Source: an uncultured Gemmatimonadaceae bacterium
Lineage (GTDB): Bacteria > Gemmatimonadota > Gemmatimonadetes > Gemmatimonadales > Gemmatimonadaceae
DNA length: 64,000 bases
Direction of reading: 5' to 3'
Assembly (NCBI GenBank): GCA_963761305.1
Contig: CAVXGK010000001.1
Span: 256,001 to 320,000 of the forward strand
Shown: piece by piece, positions 49,922 through 60,001 of the stretch
Numbering within the stretch: position 1 is the stretch's first letter
How the letters are laid out: each line of letters starts with the position of its first letter
The notes under the pieces: model-generated
What the model saw: only the letters and a program-made list of their open reading frames with translations
What the model was told of the DNA's origin: nothing
Databases searched by the model: none
Position numbers and translations under genes: made by a program

Positions 49922-50809
49922 ATGTCCTCGGCGGTCGTCATTCAGCTCGTCGTCAAGCTGAGCCTCGCGCTCGCCGTGCTCTCCATTGGCCTGCGCTCGA
50001 GCGAGGGCGATGCGCTCTGGCTGCTCCGTCGCCCCGGCTTGCTCGCGCGATCGATGCTCTCAATGAACGTGATCGTGCCGCTCGTGGCGCTCGCCGTCAC
50101 GCAAGCGCTCGATCTGAACCCGGCGGTTCGCGTCGCACTCGTCGCGCTCTCGATCTCGCCGGTACCGCCGATCCTTCCGCATCAGACGGGGAAGGCCGGA
50201 GGCGAGGCCGCCTACGCGATCGGCTTGCTGACCATCGCGTCGCTCTTCGCCGTCGTGCTCGTCCCCGTCAGTCTCGAGATCCTGGCCGCTCTGTCGGGAA
50301 GGACGATGCACCTGGCCCCGATGGCGGTGGCAGTGTTGATGGTCGAAACGGTCTTGGCACCACTGGGGCTCGGTCTGCTGATGCGCCACCTCGCACCCGG
50401 CTTCGCCGCCCGCGCGTCCAAGCCGGTGAACGTCGTCGGGATGTTGGTGCTCGTCGCCGGCTTCGTGATCATTCTCGTCAGCGCGTGGCCTTCGATGCGG
50501 ACGCTGCTCGGCAACGGGACCGTGCTCGCCGCGGTCGTCATCACCGCGCTCGCATTGTTCGTCGGCCACGAGCTCGGCGGACCGCTCGACCTCGATCGCC
50601 CCGTGCTCGCGCTCGCGTCGGCGATGCGGCATCCGGCCGTCGCGATCGCCGTGTCGAAAGCCGCGTTTCCGGAGAGCAAGCTCGTGGCGCCGGCGGTGCT
50701 TCTCCAGTTCGTGGTGGCCGCGATCGCCGTGTTGCCGTACGTCAAGCGAAGGCAGCGCACCGCCGCGCGGCGCGCTCGTCCCGCCGCAACGCTTCAGTAT
50801 CGCCGTTGA
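49922..50809 (+). CDS. Bile acid:sodium symporter (BASS/SBF) family transporter
   Basis: About 9 TM segments; 'MNVIVP', 'ISPVPP', 'RHPAVAIA'. Confidence 0.8.
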   Translation: MSSAVVIQLVVKLSLALAVLSIGLRSSEGDALWLLRRPGLLARSMLSMNVIVPLVALAVTQALDLNPAVRVALVALSISPVPPILPHQTGKAGGEAAYAIGLLTIASLFAVVLVPVSLEILAALSGRTMHLAPMAVAVLMVETVLAPLGLGLLMRHLAPGFAARASKPVNVVGMLVLVAGFVIILVSAWPSMRTLLGNGTVLAAVVITALALFVGHELGGPLDLDRPVLALASAMRHPAVAIAVSKAAFPESKLVAPAVLLQFVVAAIAVLPYVKRRQRTAARRARPAATLQYRR

Positions 50810-50928
50810 CCGCGACACGCCATTCGCGCGTGATCACACGGACCGGACTCGGGGCAGCAGAAGGTCCAATTTGGGCGGCCATGGCGGGCGAGCGAGCTTG
50901 CCTTCGTCACTGTTGGTAGGAGATCCTC

Positions 50929-51765
50929 ATGAAGTTTTCCAGAAACGCTCTGCGAGGGGCCGCCGGAATGGCGGCGCTCGCGGCGGCGGCGGCGACCCCG
51001 CATCGGTCCGCCGCGCAAGACACCACGAGAACCCGCGACACCACGCGAACCGAGGCGTCGGACACAAGCGCCATCGATCCCGACGCGATGGCCGCACTCG
51101 AGAAGATGGGCGCGTATCTGCGCACGCTGAAATCCTTCGGCGTGCATGCGGTCGTCACGACAGAAGACGTGGCGGACGACGGAGAGAAGGTCCAACTGTC
51201 GAGCACCGCTGACCTCGTCACCGAGCGGCCCAACCACCTGCGGGTCGAGGTCGTCGACCAGCGTCAGCCGCGTACGATGTACTACGACGGGAAGACGTTC
51301 ACGATGTGGGCGCCGCGCGTGAAGTTCTACGCGTCAGTCGCCGCACCGCCGACGATCCTCGACCTCGTCGACACGCTGAACGACAAGTACGACATCGAGC
51401 TGCCGTTCGTCGACCTCTTCCGCTGGGGCACGCCCGAATCGGACGCCGCCGACATCACGCAAGCGACCGACGTCGGCCCCGTCGCCATCAACGGCGTGAC
51501 ATGCGAACAGTACGCGTTCCGCCAGAAGGGCGTCGACTGGCAGGTGTGGATTCAAAACGGCAATTTCCCGCTCCCGCTCAAGCTCGTCCTGACGACGACG
51601 ACCGACGACGCGCGTCCGCAGCACACCTCGCTGTACACGTGGAACCTCGCCCCGTCGTTCAACGACAAGGCGTTCGTCTTCGAACCGCCGAGCGACGCGA
51701 AGAAGATTACGTTCGCCGAAGTGGCGACCGCTCGCGCGGCCGAGAAATCCGGGGGGAACAAGTGA
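50929..51765 (+). CDS. DUF2092 domain periplasmic protein (LolA-like)
   Basis: Signal peptide; 'MGAYLRTL', 'RPNHLRV', 'YDGKTFT', 'DWQVWI..G..PLPLK'. Confidence 0.85.
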   Translation: MKFSRNALRGAAGMAALAAAAATPHRSAAQDTTRTRDTTRTEASDTSAIDPDAMAALEKMGAYLRTLKSFGVHAVVTTEDVADDGEKVQLSSTADLVTERPNHLRVEVVDQRQPRTMYYDGKTFTMWAPRVKFYASVAAPPTILDLVDTLNDKYDIELPFVDLFRWGTPESDAADITQATDVGPVAINGVTCEQYAFRQKGVDWQVWIQNGNFPLPLKLVLTTTTDDARPQHTSLYTWNLAPSFNDKAFVFEPPSDAKKITFAEVATARAAEKSGGNK

Positions 51766-52355
51766 AGCACATCATTGGACGACTCGTGCTCGCCCTGCTC
51801 GCGCTGGTGCTGATCGTCGGCCACGCCGACGCCCAGCGTCGTGGAGGTGGCGGCCGGCGTGGCGGCGGCGGCGGATTCCGCGGCGGCGGTGGCGGCGGAT
51901 TCCGTGGATCGGCTCGGGCGAGCGTCACACGCCCGAACTTCAGCCGTCCCGCAACCCGACCGGCGTTCAACCGCGGCCCCGTCACTACTACGCGCCCGGG
52001 GAACGTGATCGCGAATCGTCCCGGGAACATCGTGAACAATCGCCCGGGCAACATCGTCAACAACCGCCCGATCTACAACCGCGACGTCGCCGTGATCGGC
52101 GGCGGCGGCTACTACGGCAACAACTGGGACGGGTGTTGCTACTACGGTTCAGGCGCTCGCTTGGGCGCAGCGGCAGTCGGCTACGCAGCCGGCGCCGTCG
52201 CCGCCTCGAACGCCGGTAGCGTCGTGTACGACCTGCCGTCGTCCTGCACGACGACCATCGTCAATGGCATCACGTACCAACAGTGCGGCAACATCTGGTA
52301 CAAACCCGAGTTCGAGGGAACGACGACCAGCTACGTGGTCGTGAATCGCCCCTGA
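51762..52355 (+). CDS. Secreted Gly/Arg-rich repeat protein with small Cys-containing C-terminal domain
   Basis: GTGA overlap; signal peptide; RGGGG repeats; 'RPGN[IV]' x3 (24-bp repeats); 'LPSSC...NGITYQQCG..WY'. Confidence 0.75.
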   Translation: MKHIIGRLVLALLALVLIVGHADAQRRGGGGRRGGGGGFRGGGGGGFRGSARASVTRPNFSRPATRPAFNRGPVTTTRPGNVIANRPGNIVNNRPGNIVNNRPIYNRDVAVIGGGGYYGNNWDGCCYYGSGARLGAAAVGYAAGAVAASNAGSVVYDLPSSCTTTIVNGITYQQCGNIWYKPEFEGTTTSYVVVNRP

Positions 52356-52524
52356 TCGACCGCACCACCCACAACTAGCGAACGCACCGGTTTCACCCGA
52401 CGCGCACGAGGTCCTCCGCCCGTGCCGTCGGGGCTCGAGCGAAACCGGTGCGTTCGTCTTTTTGCGCGTATTGGAGCTCGGCTCCAAGTCGCCCATGCGC
52501 ATCGCGTGGGAACTCCCGGACAAA

Positions 52525-52641
52525 GCTCGAAGCTCTTGCTCAAGGCTCTTGCTCAAGGCTCTTGCTCAAAGCTCCGGCTCGCAGCTCTGGCTGGCAGCTC
52601 CTGCTCGAAGCCTCTTGCTCGAAGCTTCTTCCTCGAGGCTC
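52525..52641. repeat. 13-bp tandem repeat (GCTCTTGCTCAAG), about 8 progressively degenerate copies
   Basis: Visible between convergent genes. Confidence 0.85.
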
Positions 52642-52743
52642 CCCACTCGACGCTCGATACTGCGAAGTGGCCGAGCCGCGGAACCAGTTGGTCCCGCGAC
52701 TCGGCCACCGCTCGCTCATCGACGGTTCGAGACTCTCAGCGAA

Positions 52744-54336
52744 TCAATGGATCGGCGGCTTCGCCGCTTGCCTAAAGTCGATGGGCGGCAGGAATGCCGG
52801 CGTCACCCGGCCGATGCACGACGTCGGCACCGGATCGCGCGGCGCGCGCAAGAACGAGTCGATGAGCAATGCCGAACAGGCCATGGCGAGCGGACGCGCG
52901 AACGCGACGTGACCGGCGGTGGCGAAATGCGCACGCTGCGCGGCCGAGAGTGTCTTCGCCGCGTCGTCGGCCAACGACGACGGCGTCTGTGCATCGTACC
53001 CCGACGAGATGAGCAATGTCGGAATGGAGCTCGTCACCGGGTCGACCGCTTCCCGACCCGAGAACGGAACGCCGAGCGCGTCGCACAGCATGCGATTGCC
53101 GGCTTTCGGTTCACCTTGCGGACGATCGCCGCAGAGCGCGATGTAATAGATGAGCGGTGCGGTCTGGCGCGACGCGGTCTGGAGCGAAGGGTCGATCGCC
53201 GCGGCGAGAAAGACGCGCAACGCGAATTCGTCGTGCAGCGTGTCTTCGGACGCGAGCTCGGTGATAATCCGCGGCACGCTGGCGCGCATGCCTTCATCGC
53301 TCGACGCGACGCCGAGCACGCTCAGAATTCCCGCGCCCGCGACCTCGATCGTACGCCACGGGTCGCTCGTCGCGAACTGCGCCGTGCGGCGAAGATGTCC
53401 GCCGGCGCTGTCGGCGAGCTTCGAGATCGACTGCGCGAGATCGCCGTACTGGGCCACGCAGAGCGAATCGGTGCGGCATTCGTTGACCACCTGCGCGACG
53501 ATCTTGCGCCCCGCGTTGGCGACGTACGTCGAATCGAGAATTTGCGTCGCCTGCGGCGGGGCGACGCCGTCGAGGATCGACGCCTCGACCATGTCCGGAT
53601 GGCGCCGCATGAAATGCAACGACTCGCGGCTGCCGTACGATGCCCCGAACAGGATGAGCTTCTGGTAGCCGAGCGCGTGAGTGACATCGGCGATGTCTTC
53701 CACGGCCGGCAGCGTCGTGAAGTTGGCCGGGTTCACGCCGCGCGCCCGAAGATCCTTGGCTCGCTGCGCCAGCGAATCCCTGAGCGGTTTGACGGCCAGG
53801 TCACGCCGTGCACGCGGTTCGAACAGAATGGTGCCGAGGTCGGGCGACGCACGCTCCGGCACCGGCGAAAAGCCGCGACGGTCGAACGCGATGATCGGAT
53901 GGTCGCGCAACAGCGACTGGCCCGTCGGCGTCTCGAGCAACACGCGCTGCGCCGCGTCGATCGACGATTCGCCGGGGCCGCCCGGCAGAAACATCACCGG
54001 ATTGCCGTGAGCGCTGGGCGACGCGTACACGACCACGGGCAGCACGACCGCCATCAACCGCGAGTCCTTCGGGTGGGCGCGATCCTGCGGAACCGTCACC
54101 GTCCCGCATTTCATCGTGGCGTCGACGCCGGCCGGCGTGGTTCCGAAGGTCGAGTTGCACGTCAGCTCGGTGAACCGAGGCATGACGTCGAATGCCTTCG
54201 ACGTCTGTCCTTGCGCGCTCAGCACGTTCGTTCCGGCGCCGGCGAGCACCACCGCGACCAGCGCCACTGCGGCGGGCACGGCACTGCGCTTCGCCTCGCC
54301 TCCAAACGTTCGGACCTGCGTCCTTCCCCGCGACAT
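52744..54336 (-). CDS. Secreted alpha/beta hydrolase (TAP-like peptidase)
   Basis: 'GGPG', 'FDRRG', nucleophile elbow 'GASYG', 'GYDAQTP', 'GH'. Confidence 0.88.
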   Translation of the reverse strand: MSRGRTQVRTFGGEAKRSAVPAAVALVAVVLAGAGTNVLSAQGQTSKAFDVMPRFTELTCNSTFGTTPAGVDATMKCGTVTVPQDRAHPKDSRLMAVVLPVVVYASPSAHGNPVMFLPGGPGESSIDAAQRVLLETPTGQSLLRDHPIIAFDRRGFSPVPERASPDLGTILFEPRARRDLAVKPLRDSLAQRAKDLRARGVNPANFTTLPAVEDIADVTHALGYQKLILFGASYGSRESLHFMRRHPDMVEASILDGVAPPQATQILDSTYVANAGRKIVAQVVNECRTDSLCVAQYGDLAQSISKLADSAGGHLRRTAQFATSDPWRTIEVAGAGILSVLGVASSDEGMRASVPRIITELASEDTLHDEFALRVFLAAAIDPSLQTASRQTAPLIYYIALCGDRPQGEPKAGNRMLCDALGVPFSGREAVDPVTSSIPTLLISSGYDAQTPSSLADDAAKTLSAAQRAHFATAGHVAFARPLAMACSALLIDSFLRAPRDPVPTSCIGRVTPAFLPPIDFRQAAKPPIH

Positions 54337-54637
54337 CGTCCACCTCGGCTGCGTATTCGATTGCGCGCGCCGGTGGAGACTGGTGTGTTTCCACCTGCGC
54401 TGCGCACGATGCGCAACGTCGATTGCGACCTGCATTCCCTGCATTGGCCGATGTGCCAAAGACCGGGGGCGGACCACGTGGACTGTTGGTCCAATGCGAA
54501 TGATCGGCGCACCGAGCCGCCGCGCCGCGGCATCGTTCGTGAGATTCAGGCGGTTACCCGGAGCGCGCCACCTCGGTGAGCCGCTCGGGGCCTGTCAGTT
54601 TACCTCACGCGGATACGTGAGATCAGGAGTGATTGCT

Positions 54638-55612
54638 ATGCCAAGAACCATGATGCTCGACATGCAGGACCTGACACGACCGGCGCGCACCACGGCCGGT
54701 CTGTTGGCCCTGCTGTGTGCGCTCGCGGCCGTCCCGCGCCTCTCGGCGCAGAACGTGTCGTCATCCAGGCCGCAGCCGACGCTGAGCTACGTGCAGGGTG
54801 CGGAAGTCAAGATCACCGGCTACATCATCAGCCGAAGCGGCGACAGCGTGCTCGTTCGTGACGAGACGACCGACGCGATCAGCCTGGTGATGTTGAACGA
54901 TGAGACCAAAATCTCGACCCCGTCGGGCACGCTGAACCTCGGTCGTGACCGCCGCGATGCGGAAACACTCATCCCCGGCCTCCGCGTTCGCTTGAAGGCG
55001 ACCGGCGGAATGAGTGGTGAAGCCGTCGCGAGCTCGATCCTCTTCCACACGAGCGCGGAGCGCGTGGCGGAAGGCGTCGCTGCCGGTACGGTGGACCTGA
55101 AGGCGTTTACTGACTCGGCCATTACGGCGACGTCGGACACCATCACGGCCATCACCAACCGCGCCAAGGATACGCTCAACGCGATCGTCGGCAGCGCACG
55201 CAGCCAGGTCGCGTCGTTGAACCGCCGCATCGCGGACGTGAACAAGTTCGACCTGTCGCAATCGCGCACGGTCTTCTTCGCCACAGGCCGCTGGGAGATT
55301 CTCCCCGACGGACAGCGAACCCTCGATGACATGATCGCCGCCAGCAAGAACCAGACGTGCGGTTGCGTCTTCGAAGTCACCGGTTTCACGGATTCCCAAG
55401 GCCACCCGGTGATGAACGACGTTCTCAGCTATCGTCGCACCATGAGCGTGATCAAGTACCTCACGCAGAACGGCGTCGACCTTCGCAGCATTGCGACTCC
55501 GCTCGGCTACGGCGAAATGAAGCCGATCGCCTCGAACGAGTCTGCCTCGGGCCGGGCGATGAATCGTCGCGCCGAGGTTCGGTTGCTCGTCAGCCGCGCG
55601 TCGCTGTACTAG
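54638..55612 (+). CDS. OmpA-family protein with N-terminal OB-like domain
   Basis: AGGAG RBS; 'VFFATG', 'GFTDSQG', 'LSYRR', 'GYGE.KPIASN', 'NRRAEV'. Confidence 0.88.
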   Translation: MPRTMMLDMQDLTRPARTTAGLLALLCALAAVPRLSAQNVSSSRPQPTLSYVQGAEVKITGYIISRSGDSVLVRDETTDAISLVMLNDETKISTPSGTLNLGRDRRDAETLIPGLRVRLKATGGMSGEAVASSILFHTSAERVAEGVAAGTVDLKAFTDSAITATSDTITAITNRAKDTLNAIVGSARSQVASLNRRIADVNKFDLSQSRTVFFATGRWEILPDGQRTLDDMIAASKNQTCGCVFEVTGFTDSQGHPVMNDVLSYRRTMSVIKYLTQNGVDLRSIATPLGYGEMKPIASNESASGRAMNRRAEVRLLVSRASLY

Positions 55613-55723
55613 TGACGACTCGGCAACTCGATCGACGTCCCCACGCGAGTTCGTCTCACGGCGGGATCGTACGTCTGACGTTGGCGGGTTCGGCTCGCCT
55701 CCCGGCTCAACAGCCGGGAGGCG

Positions 55724-56425
55724 ATGCCTCGTCATGGGGGCAACGCCTCGCTCCCCTTTCCGAAGGCGACACCACGTGAGGCGCTCATCGCCGTGAGAGT
55801 CGTCGCGGCAGTCGCGTGCATCCTCGCCGCTGCGTGCTACCACTGGGCCGAGCTCACCACGACCTACGGGGGCGAGCAGGAGCGCGGCGCTCCGCTCCGC
55901 CACGCCGTCACCATTTTCGCGTCGCGCAACGAGGCGCTCCGCCGTGCGACGGAGAACCGTCTCGCACGGCACTTCGAGAATGCCGCCCCCTCGTATCACG
56001 TGCTGGCCGCCACCGACGTCGCCGACTCGGCCGCGGTCCGTCGCGTGCTCGACGATGGCGCGTTCGATTCGGCGATCATCATGAGCGTCGTGCAAACGGA
56101 CGGGGGTCGGTCCTTCACGCCCGGCGCGGCGATTCATGCGGCACCGGCCCCGACCTTCGGACAACAGTGGACCCGAACGTGGGCCTTTCCCTTCGATCCA
56201 TCACAGGTCGGTCCCAAGCGGCCAGTTGCAATCGAAGTGTACGTCTACTCGTTGGCTGACAACCGCTTGCTCTGGGCGGGACGCGGCGACCCGGGCGACG
56301 CCCGAACGGTCACGCAGCTCGCCGACGCCGCGATGAAGCACGTGCCCGCGGAGTTGGAGCGCGAGGGTTTGCTCGCCGAGGACGGGATCGCACCGCAGGT
56401 TGGACCAAGACCCTATCGCCCCTGA
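55724..56425 (+). CDS. Hypothetical lipoprotein
   Basis: 'LAAAC' lipobox-like; 'VYSLADNRLLWAG'; start uncertain. Confidence 0.6.
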   Translation: MPRHGGNASLPFPKATPREALIAVRVVAAVACILAAACYHWAELTTTYGGEQERGAPLRHAVTIFASRNEALRRATENRLARHFENAAPSYHVLAATDVADSAAVRRVLDDGAFDSAIIMSVVQTDGGRSFTPGAAIHAAPAPTFGQQWTRTWAFPFDPSQVGPKRPVAIEVYVYSLADNRLLWAGRGDPGDARTVTQLADAAMKHVPAELEREGLLAEDGIAPQVGPRPYRP

Positions 56426-56450
56426 CGGAAAGACGGTCCACACTGCTCGG

Positions 56451-57092
56451 ATGCCCGGGCTCCGCACCTCGTCGCGCGGCGCAGCGTTCGGCGTCGTGAG
56501 CGGCGTCGTGATCGGCGTCGCCACCGCGCGGGGGCAGACGACCCAATATCGGCCTGAGCTCGACGTCTATTGGACGTCGTCACGTCACGCGCGGACGTTC
56601 TTTCAGCTCGCCGGCCAGGCCGAGAATGGGGAGATCGCTCGCGATCCGTTGATCGGGCTGTTCGAGGACTTTCTCTTCGCCCCCGATGGATACGTACGCG
56701 GCGGTTACCGCTACAGTCTCCGCAGCTACGAGTCGCGACCGCTGATCGAGGCCGCATTTCGCGTGTTCAAGGCCGGTCCGGTTCGTTTGCTCAGCCGAAG
56801 CCGCGCTGAGTGGCGATGGGTGGATGGCGCGTGCTCGTATCGCCTTCGCGAGCGGCTGCAACTCGAGCGTGTGCCGCCGTCACAAGGGCTCGGGCTCGCG
56901 CCATACGCCATGCTCGAGGCGTACTACGACTCGCGCTTCCGAACGATCGCGCGGCTGGCGCCGCGTCTTGGGACCCGGGCACGCCTGGGCGGTCCGGCGT
57001 CCTTGGATCTCTACTACATGCGACAGGACAACCTGCGCGGGAAGCCGGCCTACGCGAACATCGGCGGACTCATCATACAACTGTCATACTGA
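56451..57092 (+). CDS. DUF2490-like outer-membrane beta-barrel protein (paralog 1)
   Basis: 'PELDVYW', 'RSRAEWRW', 'YRLRERL', 'PY...EAYYDSRF'; terminal aromatic residue. Confidence 0.7.
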   Translation: MPGLRTSSRGAAFGVVSGVVIGVATARGQTTQYRPELDVYWTSSRHARTFFQLAGQAENGEIARDPLIGLFEDFLFAPDGYVRGGYRYSLRSYESRPLIEAAFRVFKAGPVRLLSRSRAEWRWVDGACSYRLRERLQLERVPPSQGLGLAPYAMLEAYYDSRFRTIARLAPRLGTRARLGGPASLDLYYMRQDNLRGKPAYANIGGLIIQLSY

Positions 57093-57107
57093 CGGTTCGC
57101 TCCCCGC

Positions 57108-57893
57108 ATGGTCGATCTGAAGTTCATCCTCCTCAGCGCCGGCCTGGCTGCTTGCCTTTTCCTCTCCATGCTGTTGTTCCTCGAGCTGGGAAGACGCATT
57201 GCCGTCGAGCACATACGAACGCGAGGGGACGAGGCGCGCGCCGGTGTCGGGATCGTGGACGGTGCCGTCTACGGGCTGCTCGCGCTGCTGATCGGCTTCA
57301 CGTTCTCGGGCGCGGCCGAGCGGTTCAACAACCGGCGCGTCCTCATCGGGGACATCGACAACACGGCGAGCACCGTCTGGCGGCGCATCGACCTGTTGCC
57401 GCCCGAACAACAGCCGGCCATTCGCGCGGGATTGCGACGCTACGTGGACGAGCTCATCGCGTACTACACGAACACCGCGACCGTGCGCCAGTCGCTTCAG
57501 ACGCCGGCTGCTCTGGCCAGCGCCGAGGACGATCTTTGGTCTCGGACCGTCACGGCGTGCAAAGCGCCCGGAGGCGACGCAGCGCGCCTGCTGCTTCTCC
57601 CGGCCCTGAACCTGACGTTCGACGCCGTTCAGCGCGAGTACACCGCGCGGCGCATTCATCCGCCCATGGTGATCTACGTGATGCTGGGGATTGCCGCGTT
57701 GGCGACCGCCTTGTTCGCCGGATATGGGATGGCGAACAGAACGAGCCGGAATTGGCTGTTCACGATCGGGATCGCGGCCTGCGTTTCCGCCGCGACGTAT
57801 GTCATCGTCGAGCTCGAGTATCCACGGGTCGGGTTGTTCCGCGTGAACGACATGGATCAGGTGATCGTCGACCTCAGAGCGAGAATGCAGTGA
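57108..57893 (+). CDS. DUF4239-like (bestrophin-like) membrane protein
   Basis: 'GLLALLIGFTFS.A..RF..RR', 'IVELEYPR.G'. Confidence 0.75.
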   Translation: MVDLKFILLSAGLAACLFLSMLLFLELGRRIAVEHIRTRGDEARAGVGIVDGAVYGLLALLIGFTFSGAAERFNNRRVLIGDIDNTASTVWRRIDLLPPEQQPAIRAGLRRYVDELIAYYTNTATVRQSLQTPAALASAEDDLWSRTVTACKAPGGDAARLLLLPALNLTFDAVQREYTARRIHPPMVIYVMLGIAALATALFAGYGMANRTSRNWLFTIGIAACVSAATYVIVELEYPRVGLFRVNDMDQVIVDLRARMQ

Positions 57894-58537
57894 CACGGAG
57901 CGGCTCCGCCACGCTGGTCGCGATCGCCACGCTGCTGGCGGCTTGCGCCACGGCAAGCGCCCAGTCGACGGAGGTGTGGCCGGAGCTGGACGTCTCCTGG
58001 CAACCTGGCGCGCATCAACGGACGCTGTTGGAGTTGGCGGGCGCGAACGACCGCGACAGTCCCAAACGTGAAGCGACGGCGGGACTCTACCAGGACTACG
58101 TCTTCCTGCCGAACGGGTACCTGCGCGGCGGCTACCGTTTCTCGTTCAGCACGCGCAACGCGAGCTACCGCGAATCGCGTCTGGTCGCGGACGCGACGCT
58201 CAGGGTCGCCTCGTGGCGCAGGCTGCGCCTCGTCGAACGCACTCGAGGGGAATGGCGCTGGGTGAATGGGGAGCCGTCATACCGCGTTCGAGAACGCTTG
58301 CATCTGCAACGCGTGGCGACGCAACCGCAGGGGATCGCACTGGCGCCGTACGGAACCTTCGAAGCGTACTACGACTCGCGCTTCCGCAGCATCGCCCGCC
58401 TGGCCGGCCGAGTGGGCTCGGAGGCGCGGCTCGGTGGACCGGCATCGATCGACGTCTACGTGGCACGGCAGGACAACGCCCGAGAGGCGCCCGCCTACGT
58501 GAATGCGCTCGGGCTTGTCCTCAAGCTGGCTTACTGA
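57890..58537 (+). CDS. DUF2490-like outer-membrane beta-barrel protein (paralog 2)
   Basis: GTGA overlap; signal peptide; homologous to 56451-57092. Confidence 0.72.
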   Translation: MTRSGSATLVAIATLLAACATASAQSTEVWPELDVSWQPGAHQRTLLELAGANDRDSPKREATAGLYQDYVFLPNGYLRGGYRFSFSTRNASYRESRLVADATLRVASWRRLRLVERTRGEWRWVNGEPSYRVRERLHLQRVATQPQGIALAPYGTFEAYYDSRFRSIARLAGRVGSEARLGGPASIDVYVARQDNAREAPAYVNALGLVLKLAY

Positions 58538-58559
58538 CCCAGCGCTCGCTCTCTTTCCA

Positions 58560-58925
58560 ATGGACGTTTTCGAGACGCTCGTTCACGTCGTGATGAGCTT
58601 CGCCGAGTGGACACGGCTCGTGCTCGAGGCGCTGGGCATCGTCACCATCGCGTGGGGCGCGCTCGCTGTGTTGCATCGCATCTGGCAGCGAGCGCGCGCG
58701 CACCAGCACGTGCGTTTCACCGAAACGCGGTTCATCCTCGCGCGCTACCTGGCGCTCGCCCTCGAGTTCCAGCTCGCCGCGGACGTGATCGAGACCGCCA
58801 TCCTGCCGGAGTGGACCAAGATCGGCCAGCTCGCGGCGATCGCGGCCATTCGAACAGGGCTCAACTACTTCCTGTCGAAGGAAATCACCGAGGAAAAAGC
58901 GGAACTCGCGTCGCCTGCATCGTAG
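58560..58925 (+). CDS. DUF1622 membrane protein
   Basis: 'LALALEFQLAADVIET', 'IAAIRTGLNYFL'. Confidence 0.88.
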   Translation: MDVFETLVHVVMSFAEWTRLVLEALGIVTIAWGALAVLHRIWQRARAHQHVRFTETRFILARYLALALEFQLAADVIETAILPEWTKIGQLAAIAAIRTGLNYFLSKEITEEKAELASPAS

Positions 58926-58958
58926 CGGGGACGACGCGTATCCGACCCAAACCGGCCA

Positions 58959-59990
58959 TCAGCGTGACGGCCGTACGATGCAGCGGAATCCGACGTGCGT
59001 GGTGGACGTGTCGATCGGCTCGGGGAACCGCGCCGCCGGCCGATAGCGTTGGCAGTAGTTCGGTGAACACAGGTGCGAGCCGCCCTTCAACACCTTGCGC
59101 GGAATCCACGTGCCCGGTTGCGAGCGATCCATGCTGTCGAGCATCGTGCCGCCGCGGGGGTTGTGCGGCGAGCAACACTCTTTCTTGCCCTGCTCCGCGT
59201 GCGACGGACGATACCAGTCGTTCGTCCACTCCCAGACGTTGCCGATCATGTCGTACAGCCCGTAGCCGTTCGGCGGGAACGCGCCGATCGGCGACGTGCC
59301 CTCGTAGCCGTCGATTAGAGTATTCTCATGCGGGAATCGTCCCTGCCACGTGTTCGCCATGGGGCGGCCGCGGGGCATGAGCTCGTCGCCCCAGGCGTAC
59401 GTCGCGCCCTCGAGTCCGCCGCGCGCCGCGAACTCCCACTCGGCTTCGGTCGGCAGGGCCTTCCCGTCCCACCTCGCGAAGGCCTCGGCGTCGCTGAAGG
59501 CGACTTGCACCACCGGATGGTCGTCGAGCCCGGCGTTGTCGCTGTTCGGTCCGCGCGGATGTCGCCAGTCGGCGCCGTGCACGAACTGCCACCAGTTGCT
59601 GATGTCGTGCAGGCTCACCGGCTGCAGCGGACGCACGAACACCAGCGATCCCGCCTTCAACTGCTCCGGCGATGCGCCGGGATAGTCCTTGGCATTCGGC
59701 GGCAGCTCGGCGAACGTCGTGTGGCGCGTCGCGCCCACGAACTCCGCGAACCGCGCGTTCGTGACCGGCGCGCGATCCATCCAGAACCCGTCGACGCTCA
59801 CGCGTCGAACCGGCCGTTCCTCGGGGTAGTGTCGGTCCGAACCCATGTCGAACGTGCCGCCCGGAATCCAGACCATGTCCGGCGCCGGCGCGTCGCCCGG
59901 CGGCGGCCGATACGTTCGGCCCGGTTCCTCGGTGTGCGTGCGCGGGACGGCCGAGTGCGGCGCGCCGGCGTGTACGTTCGGCATCGACAT
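58959..59990 (-). CDS. Formylglycine-generating enzyme (sulfatase-modifying factor)
   Basis: 'FDMGS', 'LPTEAEWEFAARGG', 'GNVWEW', 'KGGSHLCSPNYCQRYRPAAR', 'GFRC'. Confidence 0.95.
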   Translation of the reverse strand: MSMPNVHAGAPHSAVPRTHTEEPGRTYRPPPGDAPAPDMVWIPGGTFDMGSDRHYPEERPVRRVSVDGFWMDRAPVTNARFAEFVGATRHTTFAELPPNAKDYPGASPEQLKAGSLVFVRPLQPVSLHDISNWWQFVHGADWRHPRGPNSDNAGLDDHPVVQVAFSDAEAFARWDGKALPTEAEWEFAARGGLEGATYAWGDELMPRGRPMANTWQGRFPHENTLIDGYEGTSPIGAFPPNGYGLYDMIGNVWEWTNDWYRPSHAEQGKKECCSPHNPRGGTMLDSMDRSQPGTWIPRKVLKGGSHLCSPNYCQRYRPAARFPEPIDTSTTHVGFRCIVRPSR

Positions 59991-60001
59991 GGTCCGCCTC
60001 C

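Noticed and set aside
52525..52641. Possible CRISPR or iteron array
   Set aside because: Short contiguous degenerate units with no spacers and no rep or cas gene.
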